This document shows, piece after piece, positions 43,652-53,069 of a DNA stretch of 64,000 nt. The stretch spans positions 66,071 to 130,070 of the forward strand of contig CAZOFT010000002.1 of NCBI GenBank assembly GCA_964579395.1. Reading direction: 5' to 3'. Made by a program: the position numbers and the translations under genes. How positions within the stretch are numbered: position 1 is the stretch's first letter; every line of letters starts with the position of its first letter. The notes beneath the pieces were generated by a model. The model was given only the letters and a program-made list of their open reading frames with translations, made no database searches and was not told the DNA's origin. Source of the stretch: an uncultured Gammaproteobacteria bacterium. GTDB taxonomy: Bacteria; Patescibacteriota; Microgenomatia; UBA1406; GWC2-37-13.

Positions 43652-43894
43652 ATGAGGGGGTATGATTCATGCACACATTTCGGGAATCGGCCTATGGCAC
43701 GTAAAACGAAAAAACAAAAACAACTCACAGAAAAGCGTCAGACCGTGCAAAAAAGCACGCAGTCTTCTACTCACGACGCTGAAGCTGCCTACTTTCGCCA
43801 TGACGTGCGCAAAAGCGCCATCATTATCGCAGCTATCATTACGCTTGAAATCATTATCTATTTTGGTACGATGAAGTATCGGTTTTTTACTTAA
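43652..43894 (+). CDS. small basic protein with C-terminal TM helix
   Basis: The protein is 80 aa. It has a K/Q-rich region, then SAIIIAAIITLEIIIYFG. The start is uncertain (ATG 43652 or 43694). Confidence 0.4.
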   Translation: MRGYDSCTHFGNRPMARKTKKQKQLTEKRQTVQKSTQSSTHDAEAAYFRHDVRKSAIIIAAIITLEIIIYFGTMKYRFFT

Positions 43895-43925
43895 TTAACC
43901 GTATTTGAGAGGAGGTGAGCTGAGC

Positions 43926-44069
43926 ATGACACAAATGTATTGCGTAAAATGTAAAGCGAAAAAAGAAGTATCGAATCCTGAGCACGTTACCATGAAAAAT
44001 GGTAAACCGGCCATGAAAGCGACTTGTCCTGATTGCGGAACCGGAATGTATAAGATCGGATCCAAGTAA
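43926..44069 (+). CDS. small zinc-ribbon protein (DUF5679-like), 47 aa
   Basis: Own translation gives MTQMYCVKCKAKKEVSNPEHVTMKNGKPAMKATCPDCGTGMYKIGSK, with CxxC...CxxC. GGAGGTG lies 8 nt upstream and an intrinsic terminator follows. It is below the ORF-track length cut-off. Confidence 0.7.
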   Translation: MTQMYCVKCKAKKEVSNPEHVTMKNGKPAMKATCPDCGTGMYKIGSK

Positions 44070-44095
44070 TCCTATTCGTTTTGTAAACACACATC

Positions 44096-44127
44096 AAACA
44101 AAAGCCTAGATTCTAGGCTTTTGTTTG
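44096..44127 (+). terminator. rho-independent terminator
   Basis: AAACAAAAGCCTAGA-TT-CTAGGCTTTTGTTTG has a perfect stem (AGCCTAG/CTAGGCT, extended by A/T pairs) followed by a T-run, 27 nt after the stop at 44069. Confidence 0.75.
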
Positions 44128-44240
44128 TGTTACTGCAATTCATGCTCGCTCATCAGAAAATATTGCCACTTGTTTTCCCCAAAAACAATCGCTACTATTG
44201 TTGATATCATTCCATTATTAGTAGTCATCTTACCCACGTC

Positions 44241-45389
44241 ATGTCAAAGAAAATCGTTCTGCTTGTAGCATCTGCGTTGTTTTTGTTCACCGGCACACTA
44301 TCCTTCTCCATGACCACGGAGCGACCGATCTCAGAAATCATCAAAGGAACCCCCAGTGCGCCAAAATTGAATCCGGATGGAACTGTTGCGGAAGGTCCAG
44401 CTACTGAAGCATGTCCGTTAAACGGAAAGCTCTACAGTAAAGAGCGTAAAGCGATCTGGGAGTCGCGCCGACCGATGGGTGTTATGATTGAAAACCATAC
44501 CGAGTCACGACCGCAGTCAGGACTGTCTAGTGCAGATGTGGTGTATGAAGTGGTTGCAGAAGGTGGCATAACTCGTTTCCTGTCGTTGTTTTACTGTAAT
44601 GATGCCAAATACATCGGGCCGGTACGATCTGCCCGTATATATTTTGTTCGCCTGCTGCAGGGATATGGAAATCATCCGCTCTATGCTCATGTGGGTGGCG
44701 CAAACACGCCGGGTCCTGCAGATGCGCTTGGTGAGATTGCCGACCTTGGATGGGATCATTACAACGATCTGAATCAGTTTGCTGTGCCATTTCCGTACTA
44801 CTACCGTGATTATGATCGTCTCCCAGGTGTAGCTACAGAGCACACTATGTATTCATCAACGACCAAACTATTTGAGTACGCTGCAAAAAATCGTAAACTT
44901 TCCAACAAGGACGAGGATGGTGTGGCTTGGGATAAGAATTTCACCCCTTGGAAGTTTGCAGATGGCAAGGCTGCTTCTTCACCTGATGCTGCAACAATTT
45001 CTTATAACTTCTGGTCTAAGTTTGACGGAGACAACTACGCAGTAAGCTGGAAATATGATCCAACCACCAATACCTATGCACGATCAAATGGAGGCGCTCC
45101 CCACCTGGATAAAAACACTGGCAAAGCAATCGCTGTAAGCAATGTTGTCACTATGTTTGCCGATGAGTCGCCGGCGAACGATGGATATGAAGGCGGACAT
45201 ATGCTGTATGATGTTGTCGGTTCAGGAAAGGCGATCATTTTCCAAAACGGAACAGCGCAGACCGCCACCTGGAGTAAGCCCGACGATACTGACATGGTCA
45301 CCTTTAAAGTCGGTGGCAAGGAAGTTGAATTCGCCCGCGGTGAGATCTGGGTGTCCGTCTTGCCCACTGGTAATAGCGTCAGCTACTGA
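44241..45389 (+). CDS. DUF3048 domain protein (YerB-like secreted/lipoprotein)
   Basis: It has an N-terminal hydrophobic signal/anchor. RPMGVMIENHTESRPQSGLSSADVVYEVVAEGGITRFLSLFY is the characteristic DUF3048 core. Confidence 0.8.
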   Translation: MSKKIVLLVASALFLFTGTLSFSMTTERPISEIIKGTPSAPKLNPDGTVAEGPATEACPLNGKLYSKERKAIWESRRPMGVMIENHTESRPQSGLSSADVVYEVVAEGGITRFLSLFYCNDAKYIGPVRSARIYFVRLLQGYGNHPLYAHVGGANTPGPADALGEIADLGWDHYNDLNQFAVPFPYYYRDYDRLPGVATEHTMYSSTTKLFEYAAKNRKLSNKDEDGVAWDKNFTPWKFADGKAASSPDAATISYNFWSKFDGDNYAVSWKYDPTTNTYARSNGGAPHLDKNTGKAIAVSNVVTMFADESPANDGYEGGHMLYDVVGSGKAIIFQNGTAQTATWSKPDDTDMVTFKVGGKEVEFARGEIWVSVLPTGNSVSY

Positions 45390-45438
45390 TTTTGTTGCAA
45401 AGAATTGAACTATCTTTCCAACGTGCTATACTGTAGGC

Positions 45439-46014
45439 ATGTTGGACTATCTGATTGCTTCCAAGACGCGACTGAAAATACTGCGACTCTTTTATCAGGA
45501 TCCTGCCTCCCAACATTATCTTCGTGAGATTGTCCGTCTGATTGACGAGGAAGTAAATGCCGTCAAACGCGAGTTGGATATTCTTGATAAAGCCAAAGTC
45601 CTCAACAAAGAAAAGCGCCTGAATAAGGTGTTTTATACTCTAAACCCCAAATACATTCTCTATGAAGAGTTTCTGCGTATTTTTGCCAAAGACAACGAGC
45701 TTGCCCGGCAGCTTCTTATAATGTCCAGCAAACTGGGCAAGTTGAAATATGTTGCTGTATCTTTGAAGTATGCAAAAAAACAGATCATACGCGATGACGA
45801 GGTGTATGTGTTGTTTGTCGGGACAGTCGTGGTGCCTGAGGTGGAAGCACTATTGGGGTCAATTGAAAAAACATTCGGGCGCTCCATCAATTTTACCGTG
45901 ATGAATGATGATGAGCTGCAGTTTCGAAAGCGCAATAACGACCCCTTTTTATGGCAGTTTCTTCGCACGCCAAAAGTCATGCTCGTTGGGCTTGAAGAAG
46001 ATCTGATGAAGTAG
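45439..46014 (+). CDS. winged-helix (ArsR-like) transcriptional regulator with C-terminal uncharacterised domain
   Basis: The sequence SKTRLKILRLFYQDPASQHYLREIVRLIDEEVNAVKRELDILDKAKVL shows a wHTH pattern. Confidence 0.55.
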   Translation: MLDYLIASKTRLKILRLFYQDPASQHYLREIVRLIDEEVNAVKRELDILDKAKVLNKEKRLNKVFYTLNPKYILYEEFLRIFAKDNELARQLLIMSSKLGKLKYVAVSLKYAKKQIIRDDEVYVLFVGTVVVPEVEALLGSIEKTFGRSINFTVMNDDELQFRKRNNDPFLWQFLRTPKVMLVGLEEDLMK

Positions 46015-46039
46015 TACCATATCCTCACATCAGTTTCTT

Positions 46040-47398
46040 ATGAACACAGTTTTTAAACGCATCTTCATCGTACTTGGGCTCATTCTTCTTGTATGGAGCG
46101 TCATTCCTCAGGCTATTCATATCCCGCTTCAGAAAGACAAACAAGGCAAAGTAAGCAAAGAAGTGGTTGTTCCGCCGTTGGCAATAGATGTAAATGTCTT
46201 TGGTCTTCGCATACAAAAAGCGTTTAAGACACAGTTCGGGCTTGACCTGCAAGGAGGGACGCATTTGGTCTTTGAGACCGATGTTGCCAAAGTAAAAGAG
46301 GCTGATTTGCAGGACGCGCTGCAGTCCTCACGCGACATCATAGAGCGTCGTGTAAATCTGTTTGGCGTAGCTGAACCGACCGTACAGACCGTGCGCTCGG
46401 GTAAAAACTATCGCATTACCGTAGATCTTCCGGGAATCACAAATACCGCAGATGCGGTCAAGCTGATCGGTCAGACTGCACAGCTTTCATTTCGAGAAGA
46501 AGCGATTGTTCCGCCTGAGATTGCTACACAAAACGCAGGGCTACGCGTGTTTAACCCAAACCCGGCACTTGAAGGAAAAGACATAAAAAAAGCAACGGTT
46601 GTGTATGACCAGCAAAATGGAACCCCGCAAGTATCTCTAGAGTTCAGTGATGCCGGTAAGAAAAAATTTGCTGATCTGACGACAAAAAATGTAGGAAAGA
46701 GTATCGGTATCTTCCTTGATCAACAGGTACTCTCTGCGCCGACTGTGCAGCAGCCGATATTGCAGGGAAATGCGGTCATTTCGGGATCTTTTACCGTTGA
46801 TCAGGCAAAGGCGCTTGCGGTAGCAATTAACTCTGGTGCGTTGCCAGTTCCGATCAAACTAATTGAACAAAAGCAAATAGGCCCGACGCTGGGTGCATCT
46901 GAAATTCAAAAAAGTATTTTTGCCGGATTGGTTGGGTTGACCGCAGTGATGGCATTTATGATTATCTACTATGGTCGTCTGGGCATAATCGCTTGTCTGG
47001 GGTTGATCTTGTACGCACTATTGTCGCTGTCGCTCTTTCGCGCGATTCCGATCACCCTCACCCTCTCGGGTATTGCCGGATTTATCCTCTCAGTTGGCAT
47101 GGCGGTGGACACAAATATTCTTATTTTTGAGCGCATCAAAGAAGAAAAACGAAGTGGTAGTGACCACGATACTGCAGTGCGCCTTGGGTTTGGTCGTGCG
47201 ATTGACGCGATTAAAGATGCAAATATCACCACGATATCTGTTGCATTCATCTTGTTTAATCCTCTCAACTGGGAGTTTTTACCGCAGTTCGGTTTGGTTC
47301 GCGGGTTTGCTCTGACGCTTTTGATCGGTGTTGCTATGAGTTTGTTCACTGGCATTGTTATTACCAAGCGCCTCATTCAGTTGTTATATAAAGAATAG
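46040..47398 (+). CDS. secD: protein translocase subunit SecD
   Basis: LGLDLQGGTHLVFE is in the periplasmic domain, and the C-terminal 6-TM RND-like block contains GFILSVGMAVDTNILIFERIKEE. Confidence 0.9.
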   Translation: MNTVFKRIFIVLGLILLVWSVIPQAIHIPLQKDKQGKVSKEVVVPPLAIDVNVFGLRIQKAFKTQFGLDLQGGTHLVFETDVAKVKEADLQDALQSSRDIIERRVNLFGVAEPTVQTVRSGKNYRITVDLPGITNTADAVKLIGQTAQLSFREEAIVPPEIATQNAGLRVFNPNPALEGKDIKKATVVYDQQNGTPQVSLEFSDAGKKKFADLTTKNVGKSIGIFLDQQVLSAPTVQQPILQGNAVISGSFTVDQAKALAVAINSGALPVPIKLIEQKQIGPTLGASEIQKSIFAGLVGLTAVMAFMIIYYGRLGIIACLGLILYALLSLSLFRAIPITLTLSGIAGFILSVGMAVDTNILIFERIKEEKRSGSDHDTAVRLGFGRAIDAIKDANITTISVAFILFNPLNWEFLPQFGLVRGFALTLLIGVAMSLFTGIVITKRLIQLLYKE

Positions 47399-47402
47399 TT
47401 TT

Positions 47403-48278
47403 ATGGTTCAGTTTTATAAATATCGGTTTGTGTATCTTGCCATTTCGACAATCGTCTTGTTGGTGGGTTTGATCTCGATTTTGCGCTTTGGATACCATTT
47501 CTCAATCGACTTTGTCGGCGGAACGACATTGGAATATAAGATGAGTAAAACAGTTACTGAACAGCAAGTGCGGTCGCTTTTGAAGACCTTTCCCAGCGAA
47601 AAAAAGGAAATACAAGTAAAAGATAAGACATTATTGATTCGACTTGATGCACAAAAAGCGGGGAATGAAGATGCGATTACTGACGCAATAAAAAAGGAAC
47701 TGGATCCAAAACTCGTTGTGCTACAAGGACAGACAGTCGGGCCGACTCTCGGTGCTGAGACGATCAAAAAGACCTTAATTGCGGCGCTTCTGGGTGTTGG
47801 GGTAATTTTTGCCTATATTGCATTTGCGTTTAAGGGAGTGCGATTTGCTGCTGCAGCAATAGTTGCGCTCTTTCACGACATGGCAGTAGTGCTGGGTGTG
47901 TATTCACTGTTTAGCTATTTCTTCGGTGCTGAGTTTGACACACTCTTTGTCACGGCACTGTTGACCACAATGAGTTTTTCAGTGCACGACACGATCATTA
48001 TTTTTGATAAGATCCGTGAACTCCGTCGCTATGATCGCAGCTCAAGCGTGGAGGGTTTGGCAGATCATGCACTGGTACAGACACTTACCCGATCGGTTAA
48101 TAATTCGATGACCATTATTTTCATGCTTCTTGCACTGACTCTAATGGGAGGTACAACCATACGCTTTTTTGTCATGGCGCTTCTTATCGGCACTATTACC
48201 GGCACGTATTCATCGCCGTTTGTGGCAACTCCCGTCTGGGTCTTTCTGGAAAAACGAGCACGAAAAGGAGGAAAATGA
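47403..48278 (+). CDS. secF: protein translocase subunit SecF
   Basis: DFVGGTTLEY is the SecF signature, and the 6-TM block contains MSFSVHDTIIIFDKIRE. The start is set at ATG 47403, 4 nt after the secD stop. Confidence 0.9.
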   Translation: MVQFYKYRFVYLAISTIVLLVGLISILRFGYHFSIDFVGGTTLEYKMSKTVTEQQVRSLLKTFPSEKKEIQVKDKTLLIRLDAQKAGNEDAITDAIKKELDPKLVVLQGQTVGPTLGAETIKKTLIAALLGVGVIFAYIAFAFKGVRFAAAAIVALFHDMAVVLGVYSLFSYFFGAEFDTLFVTALLTTMSFSVHDTIIIFDKIRELRRYDRSSSVEGLADHALVQTLTRSVNNSMTIIFMLLALTLMGGTTIRFFVMALLIGTITGTYSSPFVATPVWVFLEKRARKGGK

Positions 48279-48919
48279 ACATCCAAACGTATCGTGTCGG
48301 CAGCATGCAGGCAAACTGTTATCTGCTGACAGAAGAACAAGACGCAGTGATTATTGATCCGGGTGATGATGCTGACTTTTTGCTTGAGGAGATTTCCAGA
48401 CATAATTTACGAGTGCACGCACTTATAGCTACCCACGGACATTTCGATCATCTGATGGCTGCCGGCGAGCTACAGATGGCACTACAGGCACCATTTTTTC
48501 TCCATCCCAAAGACACATTTTTGCTCGATCGTGTTGAAGAAACAGCCAGGCACTTTTTGGGATTCGAACCGTATGTGATAAAGCCACAAAAGGTCTCGCA
48601 CATGCCGCTTGGCAGCTGGTCAGTAGGCCCCTTTAAATGGGAAGTTTTACATACTCCTGGTCATACACCGGGCAGCATATGTTTGTACAGCAAGTCAGAC
48701 GGGCATGTGATAGTCGGCGATGTCCTGTTTGCCGGAGGTGGAATCGGACGCTATGATTTCTCCTACTCAGATAAAGTGAAGTTGTTTCAGTCCATTGAGA
48801 ATCTTGCAACGCGGTTGCCGGGAGAAACGACACTGTATAGTGGCCATGGAGACGAAAGCATACTGGAGGATGAAGTGCGTTTATTACGGATTCAAGGCAT
48901 TATTCCGGCCGCTCATTAA
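48275..48919 (+). CDS. MBL-fold metallo-hydrolase (glyoxalase II-like)
   Basis: ATHGHFDH is the HxHxDH motif, with later HTPGHTPGS and GHG. Its start overlaps the secF stop (ATGA). Confidence 0.8.
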   Translation: MNIQTYRVGSMQANCYLLTEEQDAVIIDPGDDADFLLEEISRHNLRVHALIATHGHFDHLMAAGELQMALQAPFFLHPKDTFLLDRVEETARHFLGFEPYVIKPQKVSHMPLGSWSVGPFKWEVLHTPGHTPGSICLYSKSDGHVIVGDVLFAGGGIGRYDFSYSDKVKLFQSIENLATRLPGETTLYSGHGDESILEDEVRLLRIQGIIPAAH

Positions 48920-50258
48920 AGTCTTTCAGTGCTGCAAGAAGCATTTCGCGCTCATTGCTCAGTTCTTCATTTTCAACGCGCGCAAACAGCGCTTCCAGTA
49001 CTTCTCCGATTCGACGGGAAGGGGGGATCTTTAAAACTTTCATTACGTCATTGCCGTCCACTTTGAGATCTTTTACAGAAAACGGTTCCTGTTGCACTTC
49101 TTCGATACGCTTTTTAAAAAGCTCCGTACGCCAACTGGTTTCAGTCGAACCTGATCCCAGGCGATCACCGACACGCAGATCTAACATGTCCTGCACATTT
49201 TCCAGTCCGACCTCTCTAATGAAGCGTTTAATTGCTCGGTCAGTCTGCTCTTCTGTTACGGTAAACTGATGATGCCGGACCAAAAGCACCAGCTTGTCGC
49301 GATCTTTATTGGAGAGTTTCAGGCGTTTGGCAATCTCCTGTGCTTGTCTTGCACCCACCACCTCGTGATTGTAAAACGTGATGAGTCCGGTTTTACTGTT
49401 TTTGCGAAACGTTTCTTTTTTTCCAATATCATGAATCAGTGTTGCTAGGCGCGTGATCGAATTCGGGCTTGGGCAATGGCGTAGCGCCTCAACCAGATGA
49501 GTCCCGACATCATAGATGTGGTGTCGTCCCGGACTGACTTGCTCAACGCCAAAACAATCAGAAACCTCAGGAAGAACATGAGTCAGTAGGCCGGTGTCAC
49601 GCAACATGTATATGCCCTGTGCCGGAAATGCTGTACCCAACAGGCGCAAGAGTTCATCGCGCACCCGCTCTGCAGATATGCGTGTAATCAGATCGGCATG
49701 TTCTGCAATTGCCTGTTTGGTCAAAGGTTCGATATCAAATGCCAGCTGAGCACTCAGGCGAACTGCACGCATGAGTCGTAGCGCGTCTTCTTGAAAGCGA
49801 GTCGGCGCATCACCGACTGCCCGAATGAGCTTGTCTTTGATATCTTGCTGTCCGCCATACGGATCGACTAGCGTCTTTCCGTCATAGGCGATGGCGTTGA
49901 TAGTGAAGTCCCGGCGACTGAGATCATCTTCGAGTTTACTTGACCATTCAACTTGTGAGGGGTGACGCTTGTTGTCATATCCTGACTCGGTACGATACGT
50001 GGTGACCTCAAACACGACTTCAGAGCCGTCTAGTTGTTGATGTGGTACGCCGACTGTGCCGAATTGATTATTGTAAAAGCCTTTTGGGTAGAGTTGTAGT
50101 ATGAGCTCCGGTGTCGCATTGGTCGTAAAGTCCCAGTCTTTTGTAGGGGTGCCCAGTATGAGATCGCGTACCGATCCTCCTACAACATAGATTTCATATC
50201 CGGCTTTTGTGAAGCGATCCATGAAGCCGCGTACGGGTAAGGGGAGTGTCAGGTTCAT
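48900..50258 (-). CDS. cca: CCA-adding enzyme / tRNA nucleotidyltransferase with HD domain
   Basis: It has the PolyA_pol head YVVGGSVRDLILG...DWDFTT, RRDFTINA, and HD domain LIHDIGK. None of the seven tRNA genes here encodes CCA. Confidence 0.85.
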   Translation of the reverse strand: MNLTLPLPVRGFMDRFTKAGYEIYVVGGSVRDLILGTPTKDWDFTTNATPELILQLYPKGFYNNQFGTVGVPHQQLDGSEVVFEVTTYRTESGYDNKRHPSQVEWSSKLEDDLSRRDFTINAIAYDGKTLVDPYGGQQDIKDKLIRAVGDAPTRFQEDALRLMRAVRLSAQLAFDIEPLTKQAIAEHADLITRISAERVRDELLRLLGTAFPAQGIYMLRDTGLLTHVLPEVSDCFGVEQVSPGRHHIYDVGTHLVEALRHCPSPNSITRLATLIHDIGKKETFRKNSKTGLITFYNHEVVGARQAQEIAKRLKLSNKDRDKLVLLVRHHQFTVTEEQTDRAIKRFIREVGLENVQDMLDLRVGDRLGSGSTETSWRTELFKKRIEEVQQEPFSVKDLKVDGNDVMKVLKIPPSRRIGEVLEALFARVENEELSNEREMLLAALKDFNERPE

Positions 50259-50285
50259 GCCTTATAGTATACCCAGTGCCTGGCG

Positions 50286-50831
50286 CTATTGCAGCATGCG
50301 TTCTTTGATTGTTGTGAGGACGGATGCGTACGCTGTTCTCCGACATGCGTTGATTGCCCAATCGATAGGATGCCATCCGGCTTCGTGAAATTCACCGCTG
50401 TCGTAGGCAAATTCTTCTGTGTGATCAAGTGCCCACACAAACCAGAAATCTAAGTGTTTGGTGCACTGGGGTCTGCCGGTTATGTCTGCTGCCGTTGCCG
50501 CAAGCGGTTCAATGTCTGCTTCAGTGATCCTTGCGCCAAGCTCTTCTTTGCATTCACGAACCGCTGCCTCACGTGGTGTTTCACCTTGGTCAATGTGTCC
50601 GCCGGGCGGGATCCACAAGCCTGACTTTTTATGATGGCCGATAAAAATAAGCTGCTGCCTTATACTAATCGGTGCAATCATACTGCAGAAATGATCAGGC
50701 TCTCCTTCATCTCGAGTAAGTGGGCGCGTTTCTTGAGATCTCAGTAGTAGTGTGTGGAGCGTGTCGGAGTCTGTAGTGTTGAGCGCTTTGATTTCAGCAA
50801 TAAGTGCCTGCACTCCATCTTTTGTGCTCAT
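50286..50831 (-). CDS. NUDIX hydrolase
   Basis: The Nudix box is GGHIDQGETPREAAVRECKEELG. Its start overlaps the nfo stop by 4 nt. Confidence 0.85.
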   Translation of the reverse strand: MSTKDGVQALIAEIKALNTTDSDTLHTLLLRSQETRPLTRDEGEPDHFCSMIAPISIRQQLIFIGHHKKSGLWIPPGGHIDQGETPREAAVRECKEELGARITEADIEPLAATAADITGRPQCTKHLDFWFVWALDHTEEFAYDSGEFHEAGWHPIDWAINACRRTAYASVLTTIKERMLQ

Positions 50832-51652
50832 GAGGCTATCTCTTTGAGCTTATCAACATTCGCCTTATCAGGTCCTTTTCCGTCCAGTCCCGGCACCTCA
50901 AGAATAAGGGGGATATCGTTCATGCGAGTGTCATGGGTGATATTGGTAAAGACATCGATGCCCACTTGTCCTTTCCCCAGATTTTCATGGTGGTCGTTTA
51001 AGGATCCGAAAGGATCATGACTGTCATTTACGTGCCATACTGCAAGTCGATCCAAACCGATTTGTGCATCAAACATTGAGATGAATGAACCGTAGGTGTC
51101 TTTTGTTGTAAGATCATATCCGGCTGCATGTAAGTGGCACGTGTCCAAGCACACCTTTAAGCGCGGATCTTTCAGTTGTCTGATAATTTCTGCAATCTGT
51201 TCAATCGTCTGACCGATCTTCCGGTTTCCTGCATTTTCAATGATGAAATAGCGGTCGTCAGGCATCTTATCTAACACTGCTTGAATGTTACTGCACAGTT
51301 CATCATGGCCGTTGCCGTTGTTTTTAAATGACCCAAGGTGGATCACGCTACCGATCACGTTCATTCGCGCAGCAAGCTTGAGTTCGTGAGTCAGTAGTTG
51401 TCGTGACAGGGGGCCGATGCGATTGGTGTCGGCCATGTTGATGAGATACGACGCATGAAAGACTGCGGTATTAATACCAAGCTCCTCACGCTTTTTCAAA
51501 AAAAGATCAATATCTTCATCTGTCGGTCTGGCAAAGTTCCAACCGCGCGGGGAAGCAGAGAAGATCTGTAGGGCATTGCATCCCATAGCAGACGCCTTTT
51601 CAACTGCTTTATCATAGCCTCCTGCAATAGATACGTGTGCTCCGATTTTCAT
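50828..51652 (-). CDS. nfo: deoxyribonuclease IV (endonuclease IV)
   Basis: MKIGAHVSIAGGYDKAVEKASAMGCNALQIFSASPRGW plus downstream His/Asp/Glu metal-ligand blocks (HASYLIN, IENAG, CLDTCH, HVNDS) fit endonuclease IV. Confidence 0.9.
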   Translation of the reverse strand: MKIGAHVSIAGGYDKAVEKASAMGCNALQIFSASPRGWNFARPTDEDIDLFLKKREELGINTAVFHASYLINMADTNRIGPLSRQLLTHELKLAARMNVIGSVIHLGSFKNNGNGHDELCSNIQAVLDKMPDDRYFIIENAGNRKIGQTIEQIAEIIRQLKDPRLKVCLDTCHLHAAGYDLTTKDTYGSFISMFDAQIGLDRLAVWHVNDSHDPFGSLNDHHENLGKGQVGIDVFTNITHDTRMNDIPLILEVPGLDGKGPDKANVDKLKEIAS

Positions 51653-51713
51653 AGGTATTGGTATCTGCCAGTATAGCCCATTCTATAGTCATTCTCCAGG
51701 CCAGTTATATGAC

Positions 51714-51742
51714 TTGACACGGATTAGCAGAGTTGGTATAGT
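51714..51742 (+). promoter_or_regulatory. sigma-70-type promoter of the hrcA-grpE-dnaK operon
   Basis: TTGACA (51714-51719), a 17-nt spacer, then TATAGT (51737-51742), ~30 nt upstream of the hrcA ATG. Confidence 0.55.
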
Positions 51743-51750
51743 ATTGCTAA
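51724..51750 (+). promoter_or_regulatory. degenerate CIRCE-like inverted repeat (candidate HrcA operator)
   Basis: The site reads TTAGCAGAG-TTGGTATAG-TATTGCTAA. It has the same 9-N9-9 geometry as CIRCE (TTAGCACTC-N9-GAGTGCTAA), but only the outer TTAGCA/TGCTAA are complementary. It overlaps the -10 box. Confidence 0.45.
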
Positions 51751-51772
51751 ATCACACGTAACTTGACACTCT

Positions 51773-52513
51773 ATGGACGATTTAACAAACAGACAAACCG
51801 ATATTCTCAAAGCTTTAATTCGCGAGTACACCGAGACCGGTGAGGCGATCGGCTCTGAGATGTTGGAGAAAAAATATCGCCTTGGATTTTCCCCTGCCAC
51901 GATTCGCAATGAAATGGTGGTGTTGGAGAAAAAAGGATATTTGGTAAAGGAATATTTTTCAGCAGGTCGCATCCCCTCAGCTCGTGCGTTTCGCTTTTAT
52001 ATCAATCACTTGATGAAAGAAAAACATCTTTCAACGGGGGACGAAGTATCGTACAAACACGGGATTTGGGATGAGCGTCGTGACACGCAGCGGCTTTTGG
52101 CACATTCGGTAAAGCTGTTGGCGCATAAAACCGGCCTTCTGGCTGTAGCGGCAACAAACACCGGCGATGTGTATTATGCGGGTGTCGGAAACCTTCTCGC
52201 TCTGCAGGAGTTTTCAGATTGGAATCTGACCCGATCGCTGTATCGCCGCCTGGATGAGCTGACCTTTTGGACCAAAGTGCTTGAGCAGGCAGGACAAGCT
52301 GAGGGGAATATCTATGTCATGCTTGGAGAAGAGGATTTTCGTGATCCAGTGTATGAATCCTGCGCCAGCATTATGGGGCAGTTTCGTGCGCCGAAAATCA
52401 ACGGTATGATCGGTGTGATCGGGCCAAAGCGTATGTATTACGATGCCCTTACCCCACAAATCAGGTATTTTTCAAATTTGATTGGTCAAATTATTACTGA
52501 TTCACAAAAATAA
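51773..52513 (+). CDS. hrcA: heat-inducible transcription repressor HrcA (short, 246 aa)
   Basis: The N-terminal wHTH is LTNRQTDILKALIREYTETGEAIGSEMLEKKYRLGFSPATIRNEMVVLEKKGYL...GRIPSARAFRFYINHL. It is followed by grpE-dnaK. Confidence 0.85.
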   Translation: MDDLTNRQTDILKALIREYTETGEAIGSEMLEKKYRLGFSPATIRNEMVVLEKKGYLVKEYFSAGRIPSARAFRFYINHLMKEKHLSTGDEVSYKHGIWDERRDTQRLLAHSVKLLAHKTGLLAVAATNTGDVYYAGVGNLLALQEFSDWNLTRSLYRRLDELTFWTKVLEQAGQAEGNIYVMLGEEDFRDPVYESCASIMGQFRAPKINGMIGVIGPKRMYYDALTPQIRYFSNLIGQIITDSQK

Positions 52514-52518
52514 GAGAC

Positions 52519-53034
52519 ATGGACAAAAAGAAAAAAGCACAAGAAGAATTGGCCGAAGACGGCACAGTCGTAGATTCAGGCGATCAGCCAGGCGATGAAA
52601 AGCAGCAGGCCGCTGTCGATGCACTCATTGCAGAAAAAGATCAGTGGCATGCAAAGTACCTACGGGCGCTTGCTGATTACCAGAATTTACAAATGCGCAT
52701 GGATAGTCAGCGCAGCCAAATTCGCGAAGCAGAAGCAGCACGAGTGCTGGTGTCACTGCTACCGTTTTTGGACAATCTTGACGCTGCAGAAGCATTTATC
52801 ACTGATCAGGGGCTGGTGATGATCAGACAGCAGTTCGCAAAACTGCTGCAGGAGCTGGGACTTATCGAACTTGATGTGATTGACAAACCCTTTGATCCGC
52901 ATTCGGCCGAAGCGATTGAAGTGGTTGCCGCAGATCAGGACGATATGGTTGTAGAGGTGCTTCGCAAGGGGTATCGCTACAACGACACGGTGGTGCGTCC
53001 GGCCCAAGTAAAAGTGGGAAAACGCATGCAATAA
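52519..53034 (+). CDS. grpE: nucleotide exchange factor GrpE
   Basis: YLRALADYQNLQMRM is in the coiled coil, with a C-terminal beta domain (FDPHSAEAIEVV...GYRYNDTVVRPAQVKV). The operon context also fits. Confidence 0.9.
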   Translation: MDKKKKAQEELAEDGTVVDSGDQPGDEKQQAAVDALIAEKDQWHAKYLRALADYQNLQMRMDSQRSQIREAEAARVLVSLLPFLDNLDAAEAFITDQGLVMIRQQFAKLLQELGLIELDVIDKPFDPHSAEAIEVVAADQDDMVVEVLRKGYRYNDTVVRPAQVKVGKRMQ

Positions 53035-53069
53035 TTATCAATATTTTTTACTAATTTACTTACCCTATT

